Assembly: GCA_963422205.2 (NCBI GenBank)
Contig: CAXMWX010000005.1
Coordinates: forward strand, 256,001 to 320,000
Source of the DNA: Gammaproteobacteria bacterium
GTDB taxonomy: Bacteria > Pseudomonadota > Gammaproteobacteria > Eutrophobiales > Eutrophobiaceae
Reading direction: 5' to 3'
Length of the DNA: 64,000 nucleotides
Shown: one piece after another, positions 1 to 9,994 of the stretch
How positions within the stretch are numbered: the stretch's first letter is position 1
Layout: each line of letters begins with the position of its first letter
The notes under the pieces: model-generated
Databases searched by the model: none
What the model was told of the DNA's origin: nothing
What the model saw: only the letters and a program-made list of their open reading frames with translations
Translations under genes and position numbers: made by a program

Positions 1-356
1 AGCTTATTAAACAAATATTTATGTAATAAATATCGTAAAATAATCGTAGGTAATGCCTCTTTTGTGACGATTTTAGCACTAATATATATTACTATTATGA
101 CTATAAATAAAGAATATTATCTTGATTGCGGTACTACACTAAAAAGAGACTAATGATATTGATGATATGTAAGAATAATAGCAGAAGTTCTTTCGGTGCC
201 AATCGTCCGCTTGATATGATCCAGAGGTTGAATTCAAGGGTAGGGTTCGACAGCTTGAATACACTGTTTGATTAGCCCGTCACCAAATTTTGAGAATGAC
301 TCGCCTGTTTTCTTTGGGAATCGCCAAAGTCGAAAAGTAGTGAAGGGGTTCACATT

Positions 357-1733
357 ATGGTGCTCACAATGGTAAAGCTACAACCATTGCCAATCACTCT
401 TGCGCTGTTGTGTTATGTTATCCTGCTTGCTTCTGCAAAGGCTTGCGAAGGAGTGTTTTTCGTGGATCCTGAGGGACGGGGTGCTGGTAGCTTTTACATA
501 GTTAAAAGCCAAGACGGGTCTTGGTCACGGCGAGGTTATCTCCCAGCGGGAAGCCTCGTTCGAAGTAAGGGATTTTCTGGGATCGTTCTTGTGCAGGAGA
601 AATTGTACCATAAGAGTAAACACTATACTCCATTCGTCTCAGAGTTTGGGCAGGCTGGCTTCATTCGCTGGTCTGACATAAAGCACGGAGCGATCTCCAA
701 AATCGACGGGGCCCCCATCCAAGGAATGGACAAGCGACTTGATTGTAATGAGATTGAACGCTTTGTCGCTCCGGACAGTTGGAATAAGGGATTTCGAATT
801 TTAGCCAAGCCAGAGGACGGTTCCAAGGTACTGGATAATCCGAGTGCTTCTTCTATGGCTGCTGTATTTGTGGTTAAAGGTGATTATCAGGAACGAAAGC
901 CAGGTGGACAGCGTTTCCTGAAGGTTCACTATCGTGTAGGGACACAAGGTCCAGTTGTTATTGGATACGTGGATCGAAGAGAACAAACCAACGAAATCGA
1001 TCCTGGTCGCTTCAGATTAACGCAGCGAGTCGAAGACATCCAAACTGTGAAGGGCGTCTCACGAGATAAAGAATGTAAAGGTACTTGCTGGGGCTCGGTT
1101 CTACAGGATTTCTACCAATCAGTTAAGAACTTTGATTTGGTAGGCAAGACTTTGGCCCAAAAGCCGTGCACTCGGGAAGCCAATGTCGAGTTCATGCTCT
1201 CTGTAGATTCTGGGGCTACGGTGTCACTCGTCGAATGGCTTAACGTTGGCGCTTCCGCAGTCGTCGAAGCATCTCTCAAGTTCACTATCCCAGATGATGA
1301 AGTATTGACCACAGAGCGGTGGTTCCTTGGTGAAAGAACTGAGATTGGTGTGCAACGCACCCATAAATGTGCTGACACAGAAAAAGGGCCTGCTAAATTT
1401 ATCGGTTTGCGTTTTGCTAACTATGAGAACCCTGTCCGGCTCCTCGTAGGTGATCTGGAAAGCGCTTGTTTCTCTCAGTTGCCAGCGTTTCTTCGACACT
1501 ACCACTCGAACGGAATGTTTATCGTCGGACGATCCGATAGAGTTATTTTCCCACGCTATGTTTCCCTGCGCCATCTTATTCAAAATAGGATTGGCAATCT
1601 TATCGACAGTGGCTTTCTTTCGGACAAACAACTCCAAGAACTAGACCGGTTAACTTGGTTGTCTATTGAACAGGTGCTTGAGCATCAACACCCTAAGGCA
1701 TACGGAATACCACCGAATCCTTGCCGTTCTTAA
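357..1733 (+). CDS. Exported hypothetical protein (signal peptide, Cys-containing, possibly two SH3-like N-terminal domains)
   Basis: 458-aa ORF with a hydrophobic N-terminus ending ASAKA; no family confidently recognised. Confidence 0.6.
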   Translation: MVLTMVKLQPLPITLALLCYVILLASAKACEGVFFVDPEGRGAGSFYIVKSQDGSWSRRGYLPAGSLVRSKGFSGIVLVQEKLYHKSKHYTPFVSEFGQAGFIRWSDIKHGAISKIDGAPIQGMDKRLDCNEIERFVAPDSWNKGFRILAKPEDGSKVLDNPSASSMAAVFVVKGDYQERKPGGQRFLKVHYRVGTQGPVVIGYVDRREQTNEIDPGRFRLTQRVEDIQTVKGVSRDKECKGTCWGSVLQDFYQSVKNFDLVGKTLAQKPCTREANVEFMLSVDSGATVSLVEWLNVGASAVVEASLKFTIPDDEVLTTERWFLGERTEIGVQRTHKCADTEKGPAKFIGLRFANYENPVRLLVGDLESACFSQLPAFLRHYHSNGMFIVGRSDRVIFPRYVSLRHLIQNRIGNLIDSGFLSDKQLQELDRLTWLSIEQVLEHQHPKAYGIPPNPCRS

Positions 1734-1748
1734 TTGTGAAAACGACCT

Positions 1749-2950
1749 TTAAGCAAACAATCTAACGATAAATCGTTCGCCCTGCTCAACTAAGTCAGGG
1801 TTGGTACCGTTGTGTTCTTGCATACCTTTTATGATTTTTCGGGGTATACCCATTCCCATATGCTCTAGGTATCGGTAGTCTCTCATCACGTCCTTCAGTA
1901 TCTGGTTTCGCGCAGCCCGTGTGCCCGTCCGCATCCGCTCCGGGGTTATTCCGTTAGGAAGCCGACCGGGTGAAATGATTTCCAGTCTGTCGTTATAAAT
2001 CGCCAACTCAACATCCGTACTTGTAAGGAGATAATCCCGGTGAATAAGAGCGTTCACAATACCTTCACGGAGTGTGTCTTTTGGATATGTTGTCTGTTCT
2101 ATGCGTCTCCCACCTTCTGCCTTGATAGTATTGCGAGTATTGCGTTGTACAAAATTTAACGCTTGTTCCACCAGTCCATTTTCGACAATATTACCGCTTT
2201 CATTGAGTAGCGGTGCCATAGGCCCATATAACTTTATATGCTCTTGCGCTTTATAGTCTTTGTCAGTCCCTGAATAGGCAACAGCATCTATACCAGCATA
2301 AGGCAGGAATTTATTCAGTGTTTTTCCAAAAAGCAGCATTCCTGAAAGAGTTACACCATATTCGATCATGATCTCTGTGTTGGCGAGAAGCGTCAGCCAC
2401 CCCCCTTCATCGCCATCCTCGGGAACCTCCTGATCTCGGATATGTTGGAAGTAATTCTTAAGGCGGCGATAGTCTAGATTGTTAATTGTAGCACCAGATA
2501 CTGGTTGTAATTCAGCACGTATTGAACCTCGTTGCTGTAGCAAACGCGAAAGTTCTTCTTGGCTCGCTTCCCGGCTCTGTGTGCCTACTCTTATCAGGTA
2601 CTTACTCGTATTGTTATGCCACAAGGCATGCACAGCAGCACCGCGCGATACGCTCACGACTGCAACATCCTTGCCTGATTCCACGTCCTTGATGGTTTCA
2701 AAAAAGGGGATTATGCCTGGTCTGATCTTGTCTCGGCATGCCGTCATTACCCATTATTCAAGGCCTGGTCTGTTAAGTCCCGAAATATTACCGTTATCCT
2801 CTACACCGATAAGTACATGCCGCCCTCTAAATTCGAGAAGGCCCCCAATTCTTTAGCGAAGTCTTGAATCGTCAGGCTGTCTCGTTTGAACTCTACTCCA
2901 GAATTCTCTTCGTTGGCAATAATCTCCAGCAGTTCTGTTCGCGTAGTCAT
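1749..2950 (-). pseudogene. Schlafen/AlbA_2 + HATPase_c_4 (RecG C-terminal-like) protein, disrupted
   Basis: From ATG 2950 it reads MTTRTELLEIIANEENSGVEFKRD...GG. There is a frameshift near 2817 and an in-frame TAA at 2754-2756. The downstream ORF has LREGIVNALIHRDY, DRLEIISPG, RNQIL and GMGIPR. Confidence 0.85.
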
Positions 2951-2953
2951 ACT

Positions 2954-5574
2954 TTAGAATCCGTACTTGGAGTAACGCATCTCGAATGCCGCCTTGCCGC
3001 CCTCAAGAATTTCCTCAACCAGTTCTCGTACTGCCCCAGCGTCTATCGATCCCCTATGTTCATCCGCTATCTTCGCAAAACCCTCTCTAGCTTCCCCGGT
3101 TGCCGCAAGGCCGAGGATCAGTTCTGCATCGCCGAGGACAGGAATATTGGCGTTATGCGTTGAGAAAACGAATTGGCGATGTTGCTTTTCCTGCCGCATG
3201 ATCGGCACTATCCCTTCTGTAATGAAACGGTTATCGAGATCATCCTCTGGCTGATCGACAACGAGCGGTTCTTCGGATTCGAATAAAAGCAGCAACAGGA
3301 CGGCGGTCGCCTTCTGACCAGTGGAGAGAGTCTGTAGTTTTTACCACACCGCTGGTTTACCTTCTGGGGCGGTATTCAGTTCGATTTCTGTTGTCGTTGG
3401 TAGTTCTAGTTCCTCGATTCTCATGTGTAAGTCAAAACTGGCCTGGGCGATTCGCTCCGCTGCACCAGGCGGCAGATTGTAATGCTCTACCAACGACTCC
3501 TTGCCTTCTCTACACCGCTGTGCTAACTCAGCAGGGATAACTGGTCATGTGACCGCAGTCGATCAATCGCTGCTGCAAGATTGCCGCCAACCTCACGCAG
3601 GAGTTGCTCAAGTGGCTTGATGTTTCCGGCCTTTGTTACTTGAATTTGAGTCCTGTTGTAAAGTTTGCGTGATGCTCGCTTTGCTGCAGTCTTGATGTCC
3701 TTATACTCGCTGGCTTTGATGTCTTCCCATTAGAGGTCGTAATTCTTCAATTTGTTGACGAAGCTGGATGAACTCAGCGCCGTCTATCTTTGACTTCTGA
3801 AGTTCTCGCAGGAGCTTCTCATAGGTGTCCTCTATCGCCATGCGGCACTTGTTCCAGTGCGATTTCATCTCCGAGATCGCATGATCGGCGTTGGTCAGTG
3901 CTTCGCTGAATTGATCGCTAACCGTCTTGAGTCGCATACTTAGCGTTTCAAGGATTCTCTCAATTTCCGACAGAATAGCTGCGTTCGGCAGTGCTTCAAG
4001 CGCTTTGTCGGAGACGAATGCCGCATCGATCGGCAAGCACTCCATCAGTGTATTCTGAATCACTCGATACTGCTCCAGTCGTTCCTCAAGACTGAAAAAC
4101 AACTGTTCTTCCCGGATGAGAGGGCTTTTTTCCTTGAGCCGTCCTTCAAGCCCTGCCTCCTGGAAACGCTTTTGTGTCTCCTCAAGACCGGGTAACGCTT
4201 CTATACGCTCTTGCAATTGTTTCATTTCTCGGCACACATCCACGGTCCGTCTTCGCGACCGCTCAAGTTCAAGTCGGATCTTCGATTTTCGGCCAGATAG
4301 CAACGGATCGTTTTCCACAAACCGTTTCAGCAATAAAGTAAGCCTTTCTGGACTCTTTGTCAGTTCGGAAATTTCATGCTGGCCGAATACTTCCACGTCC
4401 GCCATCACATCACGCGGTGAGAGAGGCAACACTTTACTGGTTTCATCCTTCACAATGGGTGGATTAGGCACTGTCCTTTCAATTATGTAGCGGCGCTCGG
4501 ATGGTTTATGGGATTGCACAAGCATTGAAATCTTTGTCCCAGCTTGTAAAACGTACTGGATTATATTATCATGCGCCTTGCGCGCCTCGTCGCCGAGTGG
4601 ATCAAGGCCGAACACATAGCATATACTTTCGATCACTGTCGATTTGCCAGTGCCGCGCCCGCCGATCAATACATTGAGATTCTCGTTAAAGTGGATGGCT
4701 GTATCACGCAAAAAACCACCATCCCAAGTCATTGCCAGTAATTCAGTATGGGACTCGGGTGGTGGATCACTGTGTAGCCGGATACGTGATTCCGGATCAA
4801 GAAACGCCTGCCGGAGTCCCTCAATGGATACCTTCGACATTTTGACATAGCACGACAACGCCTCTTTATCTAAGTCTTTCGGGTCGTTTACATCCGAGGC
4901 ATTTAGAATTGCCGGAATACGATCGCGCCTGTACTGGATATCCTTGTTTTCAAGGATTGACCTGATGTTCTCTGGTACGTTGCTGACTGGGCCGGGCAGA
5001 GTGCACAGGCAAGCAGGTTCGGCGATGTCCAGACATTGATTCTCGATTGTCCGGATAGCTTCTTCAGCAACCCACCGCTGGAGGCCACATGGGCAGCGAT
5101 GCAGGCTGAGCTCCAGTCCTTTGAGCACTCCAAAAGTTCTAGACAGTCAAACTTGCCAGACGGCGATGGTTGATCGTGATTATGAATACCGCAATCGCCG
5201 ATATATCGCTCCAGACTATTATCCTTATCTGGATCGAACAGGCACAGAAAATGCACTCCATCCTTGGTAACAGCTTCAAATCCACTGAAGGCATACAGTC
5301 CAGCTTCGCGCGCTTCACATACAAGATTCATGGAATGATTGACACGGTAGTGATCTGTCACCGCTATGATTTCAATGCCGATTTCTTTACAGGTTTTGAT
5401 TATCGCCTTGTTGTACTCTTCTTCCGATGTAAAAGTCGTTTCTTTGTTATATCTCTCAAGGTACTCAAATGGGTTGATCTGCAAGGCGCAACGGTAAAAT
5501 CGCGCACCATTTGAAAATTTTAATGCGTTTTGTAGGCATTCCGAACGCACCTGACTTGTGGCACCCAATATCAT
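2954..5574 (-). pseudogene. PHP phosphoesterase fused to SMC-like P-loop ATPase (TrlF/Ppl-like defence protein), multiply frameshifted
   Basis: The pieces carry PHP motifs (IAVTDH, GVHFL, AAH), Walker A GGRGTGKS, coiled coil, LSTGQKATA, Walker B/D-loop VVDQPEDDLDN and STHNANIPVLGDAE. Confidence 0.85.
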
Positions 5575-5657
5575 ATTTTCTGCTTCGTAAAATTATAGGT
5601 ATTATATGGAAGGTTGATAAATGCAAGGACAAAAGCAGCTATTTACAATTACTCATC

Positions 5658-6974
5658 TCACCGCCCCTCCAACGTCCTCGCCGTCCATACCACTGCACCA
5701 ATCACCACCATATCATCTGCCCAGCTCATAGACTCCCAGGTCGGATGGTCACTGATGAGCTGCCATTTGCTGCTCTCCTTATTCAAGCGCCTAACGACCA
5801 GGCCATCGTCAGTGCGGATGACATAAATGCGCTTTGACCGGCGCCGAGTACGGGCGCGGTCTACCAGTATCTTCGTTCCATCTGTCAGTGTCGGCTCCAT
5901 CGACTCACCAGATACCCCAATCACGGCGCATTGGGTTGGGTCAAGTGCATGCTCATCTAACCAGTCGCGGCAAAACCATAGTCGGCCTGAGATCTCCTCG
6001 GACAATGCCTCCATCCCACCACCTGCGGCACAAGCTAACTCAATCACGTCCACTGGCCGAGTGCTGGATGACACCCCAGTGTTCTTCTCATTTGCCACCC
6101 CATCGGTTAGTAAGACATCACGTAAATCATTCGGGATCGGGTCGCCACCGATGGCATGTACTGCACGCACCAGATTTTGAGTGCTGGCTTCGAACTCATC
6201 GCGGTGGTCAGCTACAAGCGGCCTCGGCACTGCCTGCTGCCACTCATAAGCCCTGGGGTCGGGTACTAGCAAGGCCGTTAAGCCCACTGCCGGCTTATCC
6301 CGAAACACCCCCACCACGGCACCCTGGCGGGCGATAAAACTTCGATTGACCTGCTCACCCACACTGCTGGTCTGGCCACTATGCGGCTTTCCCCAGCCGC
6401 GCAGTGTCAGGTGCGTGGCAGTAAAACCCAGTAATCGTTTGATGCGCTTGGAACCATATTCATCCTCCATCCACGGCCTCTGCCCAACCGCCAGCGGGGT
6501 GTTGGGTGATACGACACAGTAATCATCAGGCGAGATTCCTTCGGGGATCATGGATGATCCCTTGGCAATCGCATAGAAGGCATCTGGGTCGCCCGTTAAG
6601 CCCTGTGGCTCCGGCAGGTCGTTCTCAACCTGTTCAACATGTTTGCGGTGCTTCTGTGAATCCAGACCACAAGCGGCATGACCATCGACTGGTAAGTCGA
6701 CATCGACAAATGTTAGCGGAGTAGTGCCTGTGGTGCAGATGGCAGGCGATTCGGCTACCTGATCACCAGCCTTTCCACGGGGCGGGCCGATGTAAAACTC
6801 AAGGTCAAGAGCACGGCAGATTTCGGCCAGCCTATCGGATTTTGTGGCACGTTTTTCTAACACATAGCGAATCGCGTTGCCTGGCATCCCAGCATTGAGG
6901 GAAGCACGATATGGGGTCACTCCTCTGCGTTCTAATTCTTGGCGAACAACAGTCGTAATTTCCTCTGCTTCCAT
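5658..6974 (-). CDS. CI/LexA-like repressor: HTH plus two tandem S24 peptidase domains
   Basis: N-terminal HTH (RLAEICRALDLEF); S24 #1 AKGSSMIP...RIKRL; S24 #2 VSGESMEP...VVRRL. Confidence 0.85.
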   Translation of the reverse strand: MEAEEITTVVRQELERRGVTPYRASLNAGMPGNAIRYVLEKRATKSDRLAEICRALDLEFYIGPPRGKAGDQVAESPAICTTGTTPLTFVDVDLPVDGHAACGLDSQKHRKHVEQVENDLPEPQGLTGDPDAFYAIAKGSSMIPEGISPDDYCVVSPNTPLAVGQRPWMEDEYGSKRIKRLLGFTATHLTLRGWGKPHSGQTSSVGEQVNRSFIARQGAVVGVFRDKPAVGLTALLVPDPRAYEWQQAVPRPLVADHRDEFEASTQNLVRAVHAIGGDPIPNDLRDVLLTDGVANEKNTGVSSSTRPVDVIELACAAGGGMEALSEEISGRLWFCRDWLDEHALDPTQCAVIGVSGESMEPTLTDGTKILVDRARTRRRSKRIYVIRTDDGLVVRRLNKESSKWQLISDHPTWESMSWADDMVVIGAVVWTARTLEGR

Positions 6975-6990
6975 TAGCTATATATAGCTA
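6975..6990. promoter_or_regulatory. Perfect palindrome TAGCTATATATAGCTA between divergent cI and cro starts (candidate operator)
   Basis: 16-bp self-complementary sequence filling the whole intergenic space. Confidence 0.5.
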
Positions 6991-7244
6991 TGGATAGCAA
7001 AATTATTCTCCAACTCGCCAAAATCTATGCTCAGGTAACAGGGCTTTCCTTGTCAACGGTATCAAATTACATGGCCGGATCAGGTGATTTTTTCGATCGC
7101 CTTGAGCGTGGTTGCGATGTTACTACCCGCCGTGCCGCCCGAGTTGTGCAACGTCTCAGCGATCACTGACCGCCCAACACACCTTGGCCTGTCGATATCC
7201 CCCGCCCTGCGCCAGATGCAACGGCGGTGAAGGAGGCAGCGTAA
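6990..7244 (+). pseudogene. Cro-like HTH protein with premature TGA
   Basis: MDSKIILQLAKIYAQVTGLSLSTVSNYMAGSGDFFDRLERG...LSDH*PPNTPWPVDIPRP. TGA 7167-7169 sits where a Trp is expected. The gene is divergent from cI. Confidence 0.75.
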
Positions 7245-7384
7245 TGCAACGATTTATCAAGCCCGGTCTGACCCCACAGGGCTATCTCCGCTGCCAGTGT
7301 GGCGCCGAATGGAATCAGTCACCTATGGGACTGGAGCCACTGGATGCAAAAGCCTCGGCCGCCGCCGAGGCCAAGGGGTTTTGA
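7244..7384 (+). CDS. Small phage hypothetical protein (CxC motif)
   Basis: ATG overlaps the cro stop (TAATG), with GGAGG upstream. Confidence 0.45.
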   Translation: MQRFIKPGLTPQGYLRCQCGAEWNQSPMGLEPLDAKASAAAEAKGF

Positions 7385-7554
7385 TGTCATCAATGCACGC
7401 CGCCAGGTTGTCATCCTCATCCAGGCTCCAGAGGGTGCATACGCTGCGGGCCAATGGTGCCGAGATTAGTTGTCGCCAAATTATCCACCCGACCACGGGT
7501 GAGCGCCTATGGCTCTATCGACTAGCGAACCCAGCATCCCAGGAGGCAGCATGA
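7384..7554 (+). CDS. Small phage hypothetical protein, possibly internally deleted
   Basis: Start overlaps the previous stop (TGATG); MHAARLSSSSRLQRV...LRANGAEISC. Confidence 0.45.
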   Translation: MSSMHAARLSSSSRLQRVHTLRANGAEISCRQIIHPTTGERLWLYRLANPASQEAA

Positions 7555-7582
7555 GACAGTCTAAACAGACAATGCAGCCAGG

Positions 7583-7822
7583 CTACAACAATTTTCCCAG
7601 CATGGCCACCACGCCGATACCGATGACCATCAAAGAGCCCAAACGCAGGGTTAAATCGTGTTTCAGACGGAGTTCCAGCATTTTCAGGTCTTCCTTGGTA
7701 GCCAGGCGCTCATCAATCAAGCGTGCTTGGGACTCAGCCAGTGCTTCCGCCTGCTGTTCGGTAAAACCAGCTTCTTTTAGGGTTTTGGCGTACGCCAGAC
7801 TATCAAAGGCCAATGCGCCCAT
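7583..7822 (-). CDS. DUF1640/CCDC90-like coiled-coil protein with C-terminal TM helix
   Basis: FDSLAYAKTLKEAGFTEQQAEALAE...LATKEDL signature and hydrophobic tail. Confidence 0.85.
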   Translation of the reverse strand: MGALAFDSLAYAKTLKEAGFTEQQAEALAESQARLIDERLATKEDLKMLELRLKHDLTLRLGSLMVIGIGVVAMLGKLL

Positions 7823-7860
7823 AGTTCATCCGTTTATGCTGTATCAACGAGGTGATATTA

Positions 7861-8100
7861 CCACAGGCTTGACAACGGCTAAAGCCAGGGCTAGGCCTCA
7901 TCGTACATCAACAAAATCTGATGTCGGGATTCGCATCCTGTTGCACAGAGCGTCCAAGGCGCTCAACCGAAGCGCTTTTTTTGTGTCTGCAATTTATGGC
8001 AGGCTGTTCAGGAGCACTTCGGTGCGCCGTCCTCTGTGCGGTAATGCGAATCCTGTACAGCCTGCCACCCGCTTAATTGACCTTAATGGTGGCAGTTCTC
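7861..8100 (+). repeat. Copy 1 of ~240-bp direct repeat (C4 antisense cassette)
   Basis: Closely similar to 8408-8640, with an identical core CCGAAGCGCTTTTTTTGTGTCTGCAATTTATGGCAGG...CTCTGTGCGGTAA. Confidence 0.95.
7996..8068 (+). ncRNA. C4-like antisense RNA, copy 1
   Basis: Closing stem TGGCAGGCTGTTCAGGA/TCCTGTACAGCCTGCCA and a GCAC-TTCG-GTGC hairpin. Loops CTCTGTGC and ATGCGAAT complement upstream GCACAGAG (7943-7950) and ATTCGCAT (7929-7936). Confidence 0.8.
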
Positions 8101-8193
8101 AAACCAACACAGAGGACACTGCCATGATTGATGGCCGGCCTTGCCGCCGTGCGGGTTTTTTATGGGCATGGGCCTACTGCTGGCAAGCTAGGG

Positions 8194-8394
8194 TTAAGAG
8201 AAGGCTTTAAGGTATGGGAGAATTTCAACCACAATCACCAGCCCAATCATCCATTTTATGATGAGCAAATCCCGTTCAATTTTATTAAATCGATTCTCGT
8301 AAGAGGAAATTGCCTCGGCGGCTTTCCTCGCTTTCTCATCACTTGCGCCAGCATCAATCAGCGCATCGTAAACTTCTTTAATCATCGTTGCCAT
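8194..8394 (-). CDS. Small DUF1640-like coiled-coil/TM protein
   Basis: EVYDALIDAGASDEKARKAAEAI...LLIIKWMIGL. Confidence 0.75.
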   Translation of the reverse strand: MATMIKEVYDALIDAGASDEKARKAAEAISSYENRFNKIERDLLIIKWMIGLVIVVEILPYLKAFS

Positions 8395-8407
8395 GCCGGG
8401 CAGTCTA

Positions 8408-8640
8408 CCACAGGCTTGAAAACGGCTAAAGCCAAGGCTTCATCGTACATCAGCAAAATCTGATGTCGGGATTAGCACCCCGTGTTCACGAGCGCCAAGG
8501 CGCTCATCCGAAGCGCTTTTTTTGTGTCTGCAATTTATGGCAGGCTGTTCAGGAGCACTTCGGTGCGCCGTCCTCTGTGCGGTAAGGTCAATCCTGTTCG
8601 GCCTGCCGCCCTTAATTTGGAACTTAATGGTGGCAGTTCT
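8408..8640 (+). repeat. Copy 2 of ~240-bp direct repeat (C4 antisense cassette)
   Basis: Matches 7861-8100. Confidence 0.95.
8537..8608 (+). ncRNA. C4-like antisense RNA, copy 2
   Basis: Same fold as copy 1; the second loop is TAAGGTCAAT instead of TAATGCGAAT. Confidence 0.8.
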
Positions 8641-8750
8641 TTCACCTTGACAAAGGAGGCCACCATGCCTGATTTACTCTCTATTGCCCGATCAGGCATG
8701 ACCCTATTCTTCCCTCGCTCAACTGCTGTGCTCGCACAGGAGATGGTCGC

Positions 8751-9056
8751 ATGATCTACCTGCATCCTGCCTCAGCCTGTTCACCAGAGCGCATACGAGC
8801 GGTTGAGAAAACCACTGGCCTGACTGCTGTAGTCGACATGGATGGTAAGGCGATTATGTCCAGGAAGTACGGTATGCCGCGGGTGCAGGGATGCACAAGA
8901 GTGGCTTTACCCTTATGTCCGCAGACCTCCTCCTCAAATTGTGAGCTCTCTGCGGCTACCTTTACCCATCGCACTGGATCAGATTCCCCTAATGATGTAG
9001 CCCCCGGTGCGGTGGGTATTTTTTCTGTGGATGCACAAGAGAGGGAATCCAGATGA
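8751..9056 (+). CDS. Phage hypothetical protein
   Basis: ATGA-coupled to the short ORF 8665-8754; GGAG RBS. Confidence 0.5.
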   Translation: MIYLHPASACSPERIRAVEKTTGLTAVVDMDGKAIMSRKYGMPRVQGCTRVALPLCPQTSSSNCELSAATFTHRTGSDSPNDVAPGAVGIFSVDAQERESR

Positions 9057-9168
9057 ACACTAACGTATTCAAGCATCGGAGCAGAATATCAGAGAATGTG
9101 AAGTATAAATATATTGGCCTTAGCACTGATGAGGTTCTCTGGTAGCTGGTAACACTACAGGGCGAGCC

Positions 9169-9495
9169 TTGGCGTTTTTTGATGGTCAGCTGGTTCTTGC
9201 AGCCCTGAAACCATTAAAGGTCAAAGATACATCGGCCTATGACCGGCACCGTGATTTAGCTGGTTTGGTCAAGCATTGGATAGCTGCAGTTAAAGAGGTC
9301 TACATCGTCAAAGTCGACAGAAAAAGCAGCAGGCTAAAACATCCTATTGGATTTTCCGATGGGCAATTTCTAAAAGCCATGAAACAGGCTTATGGTTTGC
9401 CGCTAGAAGGCCGGAATGGTCACTATGCGCCTATTCAAGCCGCCTCTGATCATGCTGCGCCCACACAATTACCTGGTGAGGATATTTGCCCATGA
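9169..9495 (+). CDS. Hypothetical protein (possibly 5' truncated)
   Basis: ORF in operon orientation with a TTG start, coupled to the next gene. Confidence 0.45.
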   Translation: MAFFDGQLVLAALKPLKVKDTSAYDRHRDLAGLVKHWIAAVKEVYIVKVDRKSSRLKHPIGFSDGQFLKAMKQAYGLPLEGRNGHYAPIQAASDHAAPTQLPGEDICP

Positions 9496-9686
9496 AACCT
9501 GAGACTGTTTTAAAGCAGATCAAGCCGATTTTGACACAGGAGCAGGAAAATAAAGTCGAGCACCTAATCAGCATATGTCATACCTTTCAGAGTTTGTTTA
9601 AGGATGGTTCGGTTGAGTTGTTGTCGCCTCAACCTGATGCCATGCCGATCTATGTCGAACGCAATGGTTCAGTAGCAACCCGGTGA
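9492..9686 (+). CDS. Phage hypothetical protein
   Basis: ATGA overlap; GAGGA RBS. Confidence 0.5.
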   Translation: MKPETVLKQIKPILTQEQENKVEHLISICHTFQSLFKDGSVELLSPQPDAMPIYVERNGSVATR

Positions 9687-9697
9687 GGATATAACGC

Positions 9698-9994
9698 ATG
9701 AGCACACCAAATGAAGTCGTGACCACCCATTTGTACCAGCACTACACCAATGATGAGCTGATACATACACGTTCAATAAGCGATGACCCGCTGGTGCGGC
9801 TGCTGGTTGAGCGTTTGGAAGCAGCGATCTGCAATGATTTTGGTTCAGGTAACAGCCCGACAAAAGAACAGCTGACACAGATGGGAGAGTACTGCGACCA
9901 ACTAGAGGATGAAGCATCCGCCCTGACATCATCTATTGAAAAGCTAAGAGACAGACTGGACACAATGAAACAAAACTTGGGTAACAAACCATGA
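9698..9994 (+). CDS. Phage hypothetical coiled-coil protein
   Basis: RBS GAGGA; C-terminal heptads. Confidence 0.6.
   Translation: MSTPNEVVTTHLYQHYTNDELIHTRSISDDPLVRLLVERLEAAICNDFGSGNSPTKEQLTQMGEYCDQLEDEASALTSSIEKLRDRLDTMKQNLGNKP

Noticed and set aside
190-260. Possible second att site (CGGTGCCAAT) or REP copy (GGGTTCGACAGCTT)
   Set aside because: The matches are too short to exceed chance
7861-8640. Repeat pair as a DGR template/variable region or CRISPR
   Set aside because: No reverse transcriptase or cas gene is present, the differences are not adenine-specific, and a C4 RNA structure explains the repeat
7509-8765. Long plus-strand ORFs (7509-8210, 8128-8463, 8482-8754) as proteins
   Set aside because: They are largely antisense shadows of the DUF1640-like genes or read-through of the C4 RNA; Ash-like translation cannot be excluded but is unsupported
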